A stretch of 64,000 nucleotides of DNA, taken from assembly GCF_009914755.1 (NCBI RefSeq), contig NC_060926.1. One strand, written 5' to 3'. Below, in pieces: positions 1 through 12,742 of the stretch. This stretch comes from the human T2T-CHM13v2.0 reference genome, Homo sapiens. The translations under genes and the position numbers were made by a program. Position 1 is the first letter of the stretch, and every line of letters begins with the position of its first letter. Below the pieces are notes generated by a model. The model saw only the letters and a list, made by a program, of their open reading frames with translations. It did no database searches and was not told the DNA's origin.

Positions 1-454
1 TGCTTCCACATTTTCAGTATCATTATGGTAATACCCCACTCTTGGTACCTATTTTCTGTATTAGTTTATTCTCACATTGCTATAAGGAAATGCCTGAGAC
101 TGGGTAATTTATAAAGAACATAGGTTTAATTGGCTCACAGTTTTACAGGCTGTACAGGAAGCATGGCTGGGGAGTCCTCAGGAAACTTTTACTCATGGCA
201 GAATGCAAAGCCAGAGCAGGCATCTTCACATGACCAGAGCAGGAGGAAGAGAGACAGAGGGACATGCTACACGCTTTTAAACAACCAGATCTTGTGATAA
301 CTTACTGTCACTGTGACAACACCAAGGGGGATGTTGTTAAAGCATAAGAAACTGCCCCCATGATCCAATCACCTCCCACCAGGCCCCACCTCCAGCATTG
401 GGGATTATAATTTGGTGTGAGATTTGAGTGGGGACACAGATCCAAATCATATAA
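1..454 (-). mobile_element. ERVL-MaLR (MSTA-like) 5' LTR (57-454) plus the start of the internal region (1-56), continuing off the left edge
   Basis: TGTATTAG...CTGAGACTGGGTAATTTATAAAGAA...GGGGACACAGATCCAAA matches the reverse strand of MST/THE1 LTRs. The adjacent CCCCACTCTTGGTACC resembles the MaLR-int start. Confidence 0.85.
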
Positions 455-469
455 GTCCCTCCCCTGACC

Positions 470-740
470 ATCTCCCTAAGTTCCTCTCCCTACTTCCAGA
501 GCTAAAATGACACCCTGCCTACCTCTGGACCAACTGTAATGCCCTACCCACTTACCTGGCTTCTTTTCCGTCATAACAGGTATTCACTAACTGATGTTTT
601 TGTCTTTTCCCTCACTAGCATGTCAACTGCACCAGGCCGACTTACATTTGTTCTCTTCCCCACTGAGCCTTGAATGATTCCTGGCACAGGGAATAGGCCC
701 ACTAAATAAGGGTTGAGTGAACAAATGAATGGATGAAGAA
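470..740 (+). mobile_element. L2 3' end fragment
   Basis: CCTGGCACAG...TAAATAAGGGTTGAGTGAACAAATGAATGGATGAA resembles an L2 tail. Confidence 0.55.
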
Positions 741-1316
741 ATGACTTCTTATATCATTTACGAAAATTACAAACTCGGCACGTCAGAGCTGGAGGTGATA
801 TTTTCAAAAATTATTACCACGGAACCCTGTGTTCAGATGAAAGTTTATTCACACCATTTTTTAAATGCCCCAGATTAAAATGGCTCTCTTTGGCTTTATT
901 CATACTAGCCAAAACCTGGAAACAGCTCAGATATCCATCAATAGAAGAATGGATCAACAAGCTGTGGTATATGCACACAACGGAATACTACTCAGCAACA
1001 GAAACGAATGACTTATAAAACTTGCTAAATATGAAAAACATTAGGCTGAAACAAAGAAGCCAGACAGAAAAGAGTGCATGATATCCCTTCTATTCATACT
1101 GCATTCTAGAAAAGATGAAACTAATCTAGGAGGTGTAAAAAAACAAAACAAAACAATGTTTGTCCCCGCGAGGTGGCTGGGGAAGGGATTAGACTGTGAA
1201 GGAGGAAGAAGGAACTTGTGGGGTGATGGATGAGTTCTGTATCTTGACAGAGGGGTGGGTGGTACTCATCAAATGGTGCACGTAAGAATTGTATATTTCA
1301 ATGTACCTAGAATTTT

Positions 1317-1784
1317 CTTTTTATTTTTTGAAATTTGTTTTCTTTTATTTTACTTTTAGTTCTGGGGTACATGTGTAGTATTTGTAGGTTTGTTACATAG
1401 GTAAACGTGTGCCATGGCAGTTTGCTGCACCTATCAGCCAATCACCTACTTATTAAGCCTGACATGCATTAGCTATTTTCCTGATGCTCTCCCTCCCCTG
1501 AACCCCCACCTGCAGTGGCAGGCCTCAGTGTGTGTTGTTCCTCTCCCTGGTTCCATGTGTTCTCAGTCTTCAGCTCCCACTTATGAGTGAGAACATGTGG
1601 TGTTTGCTTTTCTGTTCCTGGGTTAGTTTTCTGAGGATAATGGCTTCCAGCTCCATCCATGTCCCTGCAACGGACATGATCTCGTTTCTTTCTACGGCTG
1701 CATAGTATTCCATGGTGTATATGTACCACATTTTCTTTATCCAGTCTATCACTGATGGCCATTTTGGTTGATTCTATGTCTTTG
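1317..1784 (-). mobile_element. 5'-truncated L1PA 3' end (roughly L1PA8-10)
   Basis: T-rich tail, then GGTACATGTG...CAGCTCCCACTTATGAGTGAGAACATG. ORF 1570..1752 gives the L1 ORF2 C-terminus ([16 protein letters not shown]). Confidence 0.92.
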
Positions 1785-1977
1785 AACATTTGATTTTTTA
1801 AAAAGCCTTACCACATCCATTACAATTGTAAGGTTGCTCTCTAATATGAATACTCTGATGTTTCCATTTTGATGTTCAGGTAAAAGCCTTAGCATGCACA
1901 TTACATTTCTGTGGTTCCTCTCAAAGATGTATATTCTGCTGTCTAGTGAGTTCTGATGCCTGGGCAAAGCCTGACGG
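1785..1977 (-). pseudogene. Degenerate C2H2 (Kruppel-type) zinc-finger gene fragment fused to the L1PA 5' break
   Basis: Manual minus-strand translation gives FAQASELTRQQNIHL*EEPQKCNVHAKAFT*TSKWKHQSIHIREQPYNCNGCGKAF*, which follows the HxxIH-TGEKPY-CxxCGKAF periodicity. Confidence 0.85.
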
Positions 1978-3804
1978 CAATGTATGTATAGTTTTCATCT
2001 CACACAAGAAAAAGAAAAATATAAACTAATGTTGAGCTGTAGTTAATGATATGCATACTGAAATGTGTAGGGTCATATATTTGCAACTTCTTTTGAAATG
2101 TATCCAAAAAAAGAAATGAGGAGCTTCTCTTCCAGAAAGCTGCAGTAGACATACTTGTCCCATTGCTTCTGCTAAGCGCCACTAAAAAGTGTAGATGTTA
2201 TATAAAAAACATGCACAAGAAGACTCTGAAAGATGGAGAGAAGACAGACTGTCTAGAGATCTTGAGACTGGAGGAACAACATGGTGGAGAGTGCCCTGGT
2301 TTCTTTCTGTCTTGTATATCCCAGATATATAGTTGAAGAAACTGAACTCAGAAATTCCAAATGAGACCAAGAAGGCCCCAACAAAAGCCTGCTCTCTCCA
2401 GCCTAAGGAGCTGGACAGTGGCAGCCCAGCAAGACAGAAAAGCTTTGGGCAATAACCGCTCCACTCTAGCCAAACACCACTTAAAATACCACAGCCCCAC
2501 CCCAATCACAGGTCCTTCAGGAATAAAATGGAAATAAAGGCATTCTCAGGAGAGGGAAAACTAAAAGTGTCTGTCACCAGCAGACATACTATAAATGAAC
2601 AGCTAAAAAAAAGTTTTCTAAACAAAAAGCAAACAGTAAAGGAAGGAATATTGGAGCATCAGTAAGGAAGAAAGAACATATTAACATATTAACATAATAG
2701 TAAGCAAAAATATTGGTATGTATAATAGACTTTCCTTCTTCACTGGACTTTTCTAAATTATGTTGACAGTTGAAGTAAAAATTATAACTATCTAATGTGA
2801 TCCTAAATATATGCAGAGAAAATATTTAAGCAATTATATTATAAACAGAGAGGATAGTAGGACGTAAAGAAAGGTAAGTGCCCTACACTTCACTTGAGCT
2901 TGTAAAATGACGGCACTAGAAGATTGCATGTCTCAATAGATGCAGAAAAAAATTTGATAAAACTCAACAAACGTTCCTGATAAAAAGTCTAGCAAACTAA
3001 GAATAGATGGAAACTTCTTCAACCTGCTAAGGGAACATCTATGAAAAGCCTATAGGTAACATCATTCTTAACGGTGAAAGACTGAGTGTTTTCCTCTTAA
3101 GATCAGAAACTCTCACAAATTCAACATTGTACTGAAGGTGCTATCCAGTGCAACAGCAAGAAATGGAAACAAAAGAGATTGAGATTGGAAATAAAGAAGA
3201 AAAGCCATCTTTATTTGTAGATGACATGAGTGTGTATGCAGAAAATCCTATGAAAAAAAGACTACTAGAACTAAAAATGTGACTTTAGCAAAAATATAGA
3301 ATATAAGGCTAATGTACAGAAATCAATTATGTTTCTATATACTTGCAATGAACAACCGGAAATTGAAATTTTAAAAATACCATTTATAGTGGGTCAAAAC
3401 GTATAAAATAGGGCAAATGTGATAAAAGATAGAAAGATCTATACATTGAGAATTATAATGTAATTGCTAAAATAAATTAAAGAAAACCTAAGTAGGTTCA
3501 TAGGTCAAAAGACTCAATATTTTTAAGGTGTAAATTTTCACCAAATTGATCTTAAAATAATTTGAATTGTAAGTTCTCATTAAATTGATCCATAAATTCA
3601 ATTCAATCTTGATCAAAATTTCATAAGGGCTTTCTTTTTGGTAGAAATTGACAAACTGATTCTAAAATTCAAATGTAAATGGAAGGGACCTAGCACAGTC
3701 AAAACAACTTTGTAAAGGAAGAACAAAGTTGAAGGACTAACATTGCTTGATTTTGAGACTTGTTATAAAGCTACATTAATCAGGACAGTGGAGCCTTCTA
3801 TTAT

Positions 3805-4357
3805 TGGCATTGCTTATACAGAAGCAACCAACAATCCTTCCCTCTCCGTAATAATGCTCCTGAAATCGAGAGGTAGAGTCTCATACCCTTCTCCTTCAAC
3901 CTGGTCTGGCCATAGCAACTTGCTTTCCTTACAGAATATGGCAAAAGAAACTATAGGATGTGTAAGCTAGGTCACAGGAAACTTTGCAGCTTCTGCCTGG
4001 GTCTCTTGAAACATGTGCTTTTGGAAAAGCCATTCTAGGGTAAGCCACTACTAAGAAGTCTGACTTTCCTGAGAATGCCGTACTGTGAAGAAGTGAAAAC
4101 TAGACACATAGATAGGAGGTAGGGAGAGAATTAGAAGCTCAATCATTCCCCAGCTGTTCCAGCCTACTCCACTGAGGTGCTAGATATGGAAATGAAGGAG
4201 TCATATGGGGCCTTCAGCCTCCTTGAGCCTCCAGATTGCTGCTCCAGCCATCATCCAACTGCAAATGCATGAGAGAACCCAAGTAAGAATTGCCCAGCTG
4301 AACCTGGCCAACCTCCAATATCATGAGAGATGATAATAAATTGTTGTTTCAAGGCCA
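3805..4357 (+). mobile_element. MLT1 (G/H-like) MaLR LTR
   Basis: GCAGCTTCTGCCTGGGTCTCTTG...TGCATGAGAGAACCCAAG...AATAAATTGTTGTTTCAAG. Confidence 0.7.
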
Positions 4358-4550
4358 AAAAATAAATCAAGACAAACATCAATGGAACTAACAATCAAGA
4401 GTCCAAACATACACTGATTTTCGACAAAGACATAAAACAATGCAGTGGAGAAATGTCTTTTCAACAAATGTTGAGGGAACAATTGGGTAAACACATGTAA
4501 AAAAGTAAACTTTGCTCCATGCCTCACACCATATTTAAAAATAAGTTCTG

Positions 4551-4900
<350 letters not shown>

Positions 4901-5989
4901 CTACAGCTTCTAGGAGAATATTGTTGTGACTTAGGTTAGGCAAAGATTTCTTACATCAAAAGCATAATCTGTAAAAGAAAATATTGACAAATTGGATTTC
5001 TTTGAAATTAAAAACAAAAGACATTGTTAAGAAAATGAAAGAACAAGCTACAGGCTTGAAGAAAATATTTGCAAATCATATACCTAATAAGGAACTTGTA
5101 TCCACAATACATAAAGAACTCCCAAAACTCAATAATAAGAAATCAAACAATCCAAATAAAAAAAATGGACAAAATATCTAAACAGACATTTCACCAAGGA
5201 AGAGTTATGAATGACAAACAAGTATATGAAAAGCGTCCCATCATTATTAGTCACTAGGGAGATGCACATTAAAATCACAACGAGATACGGCTATGCACCC
5301 ATTAAAATGAATACAATAGAAAAGACTGACCTTAGGAAGCACTGTCGAGGATGCAGCGCAAAGGAATCTCTCATACAGTGATAATGGGTTTTAGAAATGA
5401 CAGGGCTGTCATTAACCAAATCTTTTCCAATCCTAGTAAAGGTATTACTGTCTAAATTTCAGTCTTCCTCTTCATAGGGCCACGGTAAAACCAGCTTTCC
5501 AGTGTCTCACAAGGGTACCCCCAACAGCAGTGAGCTTTGCACTTTAAGCAATCTGGGGTGGCTCTAGCTTAGAAACAATCTTTCTGGTGTTTTCTTTGAG
5601 GCACCAGACAACGAAAGCCACGAGACACAGCCTACTGTGTGTTCAATGGTCTGTCCAGCTCTCTTGGATTTGGTTGTTGGTTCCTTTAAGGCGTCTTGAA
5701 AGGCAGCGTGGTGCCCAATTAAATGAAAACCAGGAAGGCATAATGCACCACGACTATCAGCAATCAGCTCTAGACAGTTCGTTGAGGACAGAACAAAACT
5801 TTGTGTTTCAGCAAGTGCTTTTCTGTCTGCCTCTCTGCCTGCAGTTAGAGGAAGGGGCCAGGTTAAGGCCAGAAAAGATTCTGCTTTAGCTGATAAAGGG
5901 AAAGCTCTGTGCCAGGAAGCCTGTGGTTTTCTGTCTTTGGAAGTTCTCCCCTCCGGGGCTTAGGAGGGAGAGACACCTTCCTCCTAAAG

Positions 5990-6700
5990 CATCGTATCGC
6001 CTATTGCCCAGGGGAAGCAAGTCTCACACATCCGGGCCGGGAGACCCTGATCACCCCGGGCTGCGTACTCGATTTCAGGCCAGCAAGACACTAGGTTTTC
6101 TCTCTTAAATGTTTTAACTGTCGAGTTCCATGCTCCGCCTCCTCGGGCTTCTTATCCTGCAGGCATAGGCGGAGGGAGGCAGCTTCCAGGCTGGGGTGGG
6201 AGAAGCACCGGCGGCGCGCGCTGCGGTCGGTGCGGGTCCGGGAGCGCAGCGCAGGCAGCGCGGGGCCTCGCGGTGAACTTGGCCGCCGGCGAGGCTGGGC
6301 TTCTCGGGCGCGGGAGCCCCAGATCCTGACAGAGCCAGGCTGCCGGCTCAGCGTTGTGTTGTGACAGAAAAGGCTGCCTTTTACCTTTCCTGAAAACAAT
6401 TCCCGGGATCTGTTAGAGGGGAGGTTCAGTCACTCTGAAATGACCAGCGACATCTCTTAGAGCCAAAATCAGTCAACGCGGAAAAGACACTCCAATTTTT
6501 AAAACCAATAGGTAGTTGATAAATGGAGCTGTCAGTCTAGAAGCCCCTGGGCCCAGCGTGCTTCTGCAGAGCCGGGTAGTTTCAGAGTCGGCGCTCTCTG
6601 AGATTCCAGCTGGTCCACCCGGCGGGGCTCCTGTTGGCCTCACAGAGCACGTGGCTTTGCGGGATGTGATGCGACCCCAGCGTGGGCTTAACTGATGCTA
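5990..6700. promoter_or_regulatory. Small non-repeat CpG island (core about 6120-6360); candidate promoter or enhancer
   Basis: Dense CpGs (CGGCGGCGCGCGCTGCGGTCGGTGCGGGTCCGGGAGCGCAGCGC...) in an otherwise CpG-depleted window. Confidence 0.8.
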
Positions 6701-6785
6701 GGCACCAGGCTGTGGATCCAGGGACCCCGGGACACACAGAAGTCCAGCTCTCATCCCTCATCCAATTTCACTTTTTTTTTTTTTT

Positions 6786-7225
6786 AACCCTCAAAAGACC
6801 CAGATGCCGTTTTAGGGGGACAGGATGTATTGAAGATTTATAAATGGAGCAATCTCCTAATCAAAATAAACATCATCCAATCATGCTCACAGGGTGGTGG
6901 CAAATTAGTGGCAGCATATTTTGTTTTCTTTAGCGGTGATCCATGATTGATTTATGGATTAAATTGTGCCCTGTGAAGTACATATATATCTGTGAACTGT
7001 CTCCCTAAGCATTTCCTGTTCACCTCTGTGCCACATGCCTGGCTGAAGGAGAGAATTGTTTCTCCTCTAGGCAGGAGCTGTCTGCATAGCTCCTTGGGCT
7101 GGGATAGTGTCTGCTTAGGGCTGCATTCGGCTTTGTCTTCTGCTCTGTCCTCTGAGCTCAGCAAAAGGCCTATAAAAAGGAAGGCCGACTCTCCTACACA
7201 TCCACAGGGCCCCCAAGCTCTTCAT
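6786..7225 (-). ncRNA. MIR4435-2HG: Candidate lncRNA exon, probably of MIR4435-2HG or its CYTOR-region paralogue
   Basis: Minus-strand acceptor ...ATTGTCCCACTTCACAG|ATGAAG at 7226/7225. The sequence near 7093-7200 matches my recollection of the MIR4435-2HG transcript, and linkage to a LIS1 retrocopy fits. The 3' boundary is a guess, placed at the T14 run. Confidence 0.4.
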
Positions 7226-7310
7226 CTGTGAAGTGGGACAATAATGCTTGTCTTACCAGTCTGATAGTGTTCTTTTGAGGATACAGTTCATTAAGGTTGG
7301 AAAAGATGCT
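7215..7310 (+). mobile_element. MIR fragment
   Basis: TTCATCTGTGAAGTGGGACAATAATGCTT...TTTGAGGAT resembles the MIR core. Confidence 0.6.
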
Positions 7311-10300
7311 GGTGACTGCAGCCTTTGCTGATCCACTTTGCTTGTCTGTGAGATAAAGGAGATGATACATCTTTATCAGTAATGCTTCAGTTACTTTATT
7401 TTTAAAAAATAAATTGCAGTAAGCATTATAAAATATTACAGTTGTTACTCCCAGAATGTGGCTACACAGGTATTTATGTTATTCTCTGTGTTTTTCTGTG
7501 TCTTTCAAAGTCTTCTCATCCAATAAAAAGAAAAGAAGAGGCAAGAAGAAAGAGGAGTTATGCAAAATCTGGTACCCTTAACTTAGACTTTCTCTGGTTC
7601 TATGGACAGGAAAATGCTCACAAAACCTGAGTCCTGTAGGAATGAGAGGTATGACAATTATTCATGATATTTCTGTTCCTTCCATTGCTCTGGGAATTTA
7701 CTAAAATCCTGCAGCAGGTTTCACCCCTACACTCAACCCCATTTGTCTAAGGCAGCTGTTTGCTCACCGGGCTGATTTGCTGGTGGGATAGGAATTTTCT
7801 AGCTGAAGAAGGGTAAGCCCAGGATGATGTCATTTATAAGATTTTGCTTCCATCTCCTCCTCCCTCCCCAACAATCCCAACCTGTACCAAATAGGAACAT
7901 ACACCTGTAGGAAGAGAAACTATGATCTCTAGTCATTAAAAATGTGCTTTGTATGATGCAATCCCAAATGCTCTTGGGCTTAACAAAAACACATTGCAAG
8001 ACTCACATTGACATTGACATTTCCACTCCTCTAACTTAAAAACAGCCAAACTAAATTAAGTAACAACAACAACAAAAGTTGTTTCCCACACAGTTTGACC
8101 AGATCTTACCACCAGTCTTCAGCCTTAAAACAATTTTCATGCTTGAGTTATTAACTTATGAAAATAGGCACAAAAGGGGGAAAATGTGCACAGATCCTCG
8201 CTACTTTATTAGTCATTGCTACAGCTGAATGCGTTCTGGTACAAAGGCATGTTATTCTGCCTGCCAGTATCTCGGTTTTGAACAAAATGCAGCTCACTAA
8301 TGGGTTCTGCCTCATATACCTTTCTGTAATCATTACTTTGCCATTCTCTGTAATTTATCCTGTTTTTCATGAGGAGTGTGTCCATTAGTCAGGCGTGTGC
8401 ACACACATGCACACACAGCTTTTAAGTCCCCTTTCATTTGTAGCTGAAAAGAAAGGTCAGAGAGCTGCCAGTCTTTCGGGGGGAAGCACTACTGCGCTGA
8501 TTGTGATAATATTTGGAAAACAGAGTGGTGGATGTGGTGGATGGATATAAATAGATCCTGAAAATCTAGTGAATGGAGGGCAGCAACATGAGTACATGAA
8601 GGGGATCTAGAAGCAGACTGGCAAAGGTGGAGACAGAATGGGAGAGACTGACCTGTCCCGTGTTGATCTCTTTATCTGGGAGGGGCAGTGTGGGGCTGAC
8701 ATCTTCCTGGACCAGACAGAGACATCTTGCTCACTTGCTCAGTAATCTCAAGTTTGGGGGATGAGCTCCAAGATTCCGACAGGAACCCCCTTTTGGCAAT
8801 TTCTGGCTTGGGCTCAGAGGTGCTGCCCCAAGCCAGTCTGAGCCAAGTGAATAAAGGAATGGAGTTTTGAGCCTATTGATTTTTGCTTCTGTAAACTCCA
8901 GAATTAGTTATAGAAATGAAGGCTTTTGAGTGTTTACTTTTGAAAAAAAAAAGAGCAGGCAGGAAAATAATTGGGAAAAAATACGGATGAGATTTTTTTA
9001 AAAGCTTGATGAAGATCAAGGTTTTCACAAACAAGTGTGAATCACTAGAACCAGCTCCTCACAGATCAGAGGTCTGCAGGGGGCTGGGGATCTGGCAAAC
9101 AGGCCCTCCGTGGGCAGGGAGCTCCCCAACAATTCTCAGCCAGCAAGAGAAGCCTTTGGCATCGTCCTCTTGAATTAGGATAACAGGATTCTCCATCATA
9201 CACTTGCCTGGTTAGGGAGGCAGTAATTGTGAACCGAACATGTTCTTTTATCCTCTTTGAAGTGTTAACGAATGCTTTGATTTTGCTCTTTTCTCCTCAT
9301 TAAGACAAATATGGCTCCTTTTTGCCCCCAGGAAGCTAATCTCACCTCCCAAGCCAAACAGGCATCCTGCTGCTCAGCTGAGTCCAATCCCAAGGAGGTC
9401 CTCTCCTGTCCTTGCCAAAGACCCCTCTACCAGGATTCTGACCCAGGCCCAGGTGCAGGGCATCTCAGTGCTTCACATTGTTCTGGGAGCCCAGGGTGCA
9501 TCACCATGGAGCCCCAGCTCACGTGACAACATAACAGTGTTCGCAGTAATTCTCAACCCTAGATATCCTGTTCACTACGAAACACAGGCATGTTAAGTTT
9601 CCCTGATACTCTCCTGCAGAGGCTAGCAGGCTGCACAGAATTTAGGAAGACAGAGCCCCTCAAAGATCTGGAATCTTTGGCAATTACAAAGCCCAATCCT
9701 GCCCACAGCCTTCTTTTACCAGAGACAAAGCAAAATGGTTTGCCCAGAGCCTCACTGCCAGACAGTGGCAGAACTGAGTCTGGAAGTGGCCTTGCTTCTC
9801 CCAGCTGACATTGAACCCCTGAGGCTCATCTGCCATCAAACTCCTACCTGCAGCCCTCACTTCCCCCCTCCCAGTGCCAGGGCAAAGTCAGTGAGATGGA
9901 AATCTGCAGACTGGAGCAGGTGGGTTACTCGGAGGCCACTGAAGGTGGAATAGGTCCCTTTTGCACTGTCTTCCAACCAGAGAGGAACACAGGCCAGTGG
10001 GTCAGAGTGCTAGGCCCCAGAGTCACAGACACAGGGCATGGCCCAAAGGGCCCAGTGAGGACATTCCTGCAGATGGCTATAGGCTGGTAGAGAGCTAGGA
10101 GGCCTGGTGAACTCTGTCGTGTGGGCAATGGGAAGGTGGACAGAGGAGTGTTCTTGAGAAAGAAATTCAAAGCTGAGAAAACCTAACCCCTCCTATCTCA
10201 TTCCTCTTAGGCATAATCCCCACGGGCAACAGGCTCAGTGTCTGGCTGAATGTGCACCTCTCTTTTGAATCCCTCCCCCATCGATGAGGTTGGTGTCACA

Positions 10301-10334
10301 AATTAGACCCTCTCCCCTATTTTCTTCTTTTCAA

Positions 10335-11470
<1,136 letters not shown>

Positions 11471-12625
11471 CTTCCCACTCCCTGGACCTTTTTTTTTTGT
11501 TTGCAACTGAAAAACTAAAGGCTCAAAGAGGCAGACGGCCTGCTGAAGCCTTTGCCCAGGGGCTGCTTAGCAGCAGCAGCAGGGAAAAACTAACCCTGGC
11601 TGACCCTAGCTTAGGTAGCAACTACAGAGCTCTCAGCCCATTCTCCCAGCCACACAGCCTCAGAGCAAATACTGTCCATCAAATGCACACTCTGTGTTCA
11701 CAGCCTCATGTGCCAAATTGCTGTTGGAAAACCAATGGCAAACACTGGTTGCAGAGAACACAGAAGCATGTAATATCCACTTTAATGGTGGTTCCACTTT
11801 CATATTTTTTCTCCCCTCTAAGGAAAGGGAGAGAGAAAAACCTGTTCGTGGAAAAAATATATTTAAATGGATCAGTGCCAGGGAACCATTGGCACATCTG
11901 TTCTTAACAGGTTTCAGCTGAAACTACTGAAAATATACATAGATCTGTTTATGTGGAACCAGTTAAATATGATAAGATTACAACTTGGAGGGTAACTATG
12001 GATTTGGTGGTGGAAAAAAAAAATCCCCTCCACACTTGGTCTCCGCAAGCACTCATAACATTTTACCACAGATGTGTTGAGGGAATCAGATTTGCTGCAA
12101 ATGGAAAAGACCTGAATTATTTGAGATTAGCTACAAACAAACTCAAGATGTCCCCACCGCCTTTCTGCAGCACATAATTCCTGCCTCGTCTCTAATCTGG
12201 GCCCAGTCCTTTGTTATCAGAGAGGAGACTGCAGCCAGGGAATCACCCATTTCTGAGTGAGTCTGTCTTCACTCCTCCAACTAGCCATTTAGGAGGAAGA
12301 CAGTGTGCACACTGCTTACACAGAGAATGCACAGTTGTCTTCCTTAAAGTTTTCAGCATCCCAAAGGACTCCATGTTCTCTTGAGGTTGTGCAGGCAGCA
12401 AGGAGGGAGTGTTGGCTGAGGGGCTCCCAATGGAGGCCCTGTGCTCCTTCTGGAGTCTTTTTCTATGTAGTACTCACAACCACCCTATGAGGTTGCATTG
12501 TCACCCCCCTTACAGAGATGAGCAAATTGAGGCTCCAGGCTCTAGGATAATTTGTCCAGGGCCATGCCGATAATTAGATGCTCTAAAGGAAGAAAGATGT
12601 TTCCTCCCATCTAAATATGCCTTAA

Positions 12626-12742
12626 CAGGAGCATCACTTGAGCCCAGGAGTTCAAGGCTGCAGTGAGTTATGATTGTGCCACTGCACTCCAGCCTGGGCA
12701 ACAGAGCAAGACCCTTCCTATATTAACAATAAATAAATAATA
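12626..12742 (+). mobile_element. Alu monomer fragment (FLAM/AluJ-like) next to a MIR fragment (about 12460-12600)
   Basis: TCACTTGAGCCCAGGAGTTCAAGGCTGCAGTGAG...GCAACAGAGCAAGACC. Confidence 0.85.

Larger units (their letters stand above)
893..2112 (+). mobile_element. Old L1M 3' region, split by a younger insertion at 1317-1977
   Basis: GCTTTATTCATACTAGCCAAAACCTGGAAACAGC...ACTCATCAAATGGTGCAC; L1M-like sequence resumes at 1978 (GTTAATGATATGCATACTGAA). Confidence 0.75.

Noticed and set aside
6091-6399. 102-aa Arg-rich ORF over the CpG island
   Set aside because: Non-ATG start, composition explained by GC content, and no recognisable domain.
7171-7180. TATAAAAAGG as a TATA-box promoter
   Set aside because: Isolated motif with no supporting context; such matches are common.
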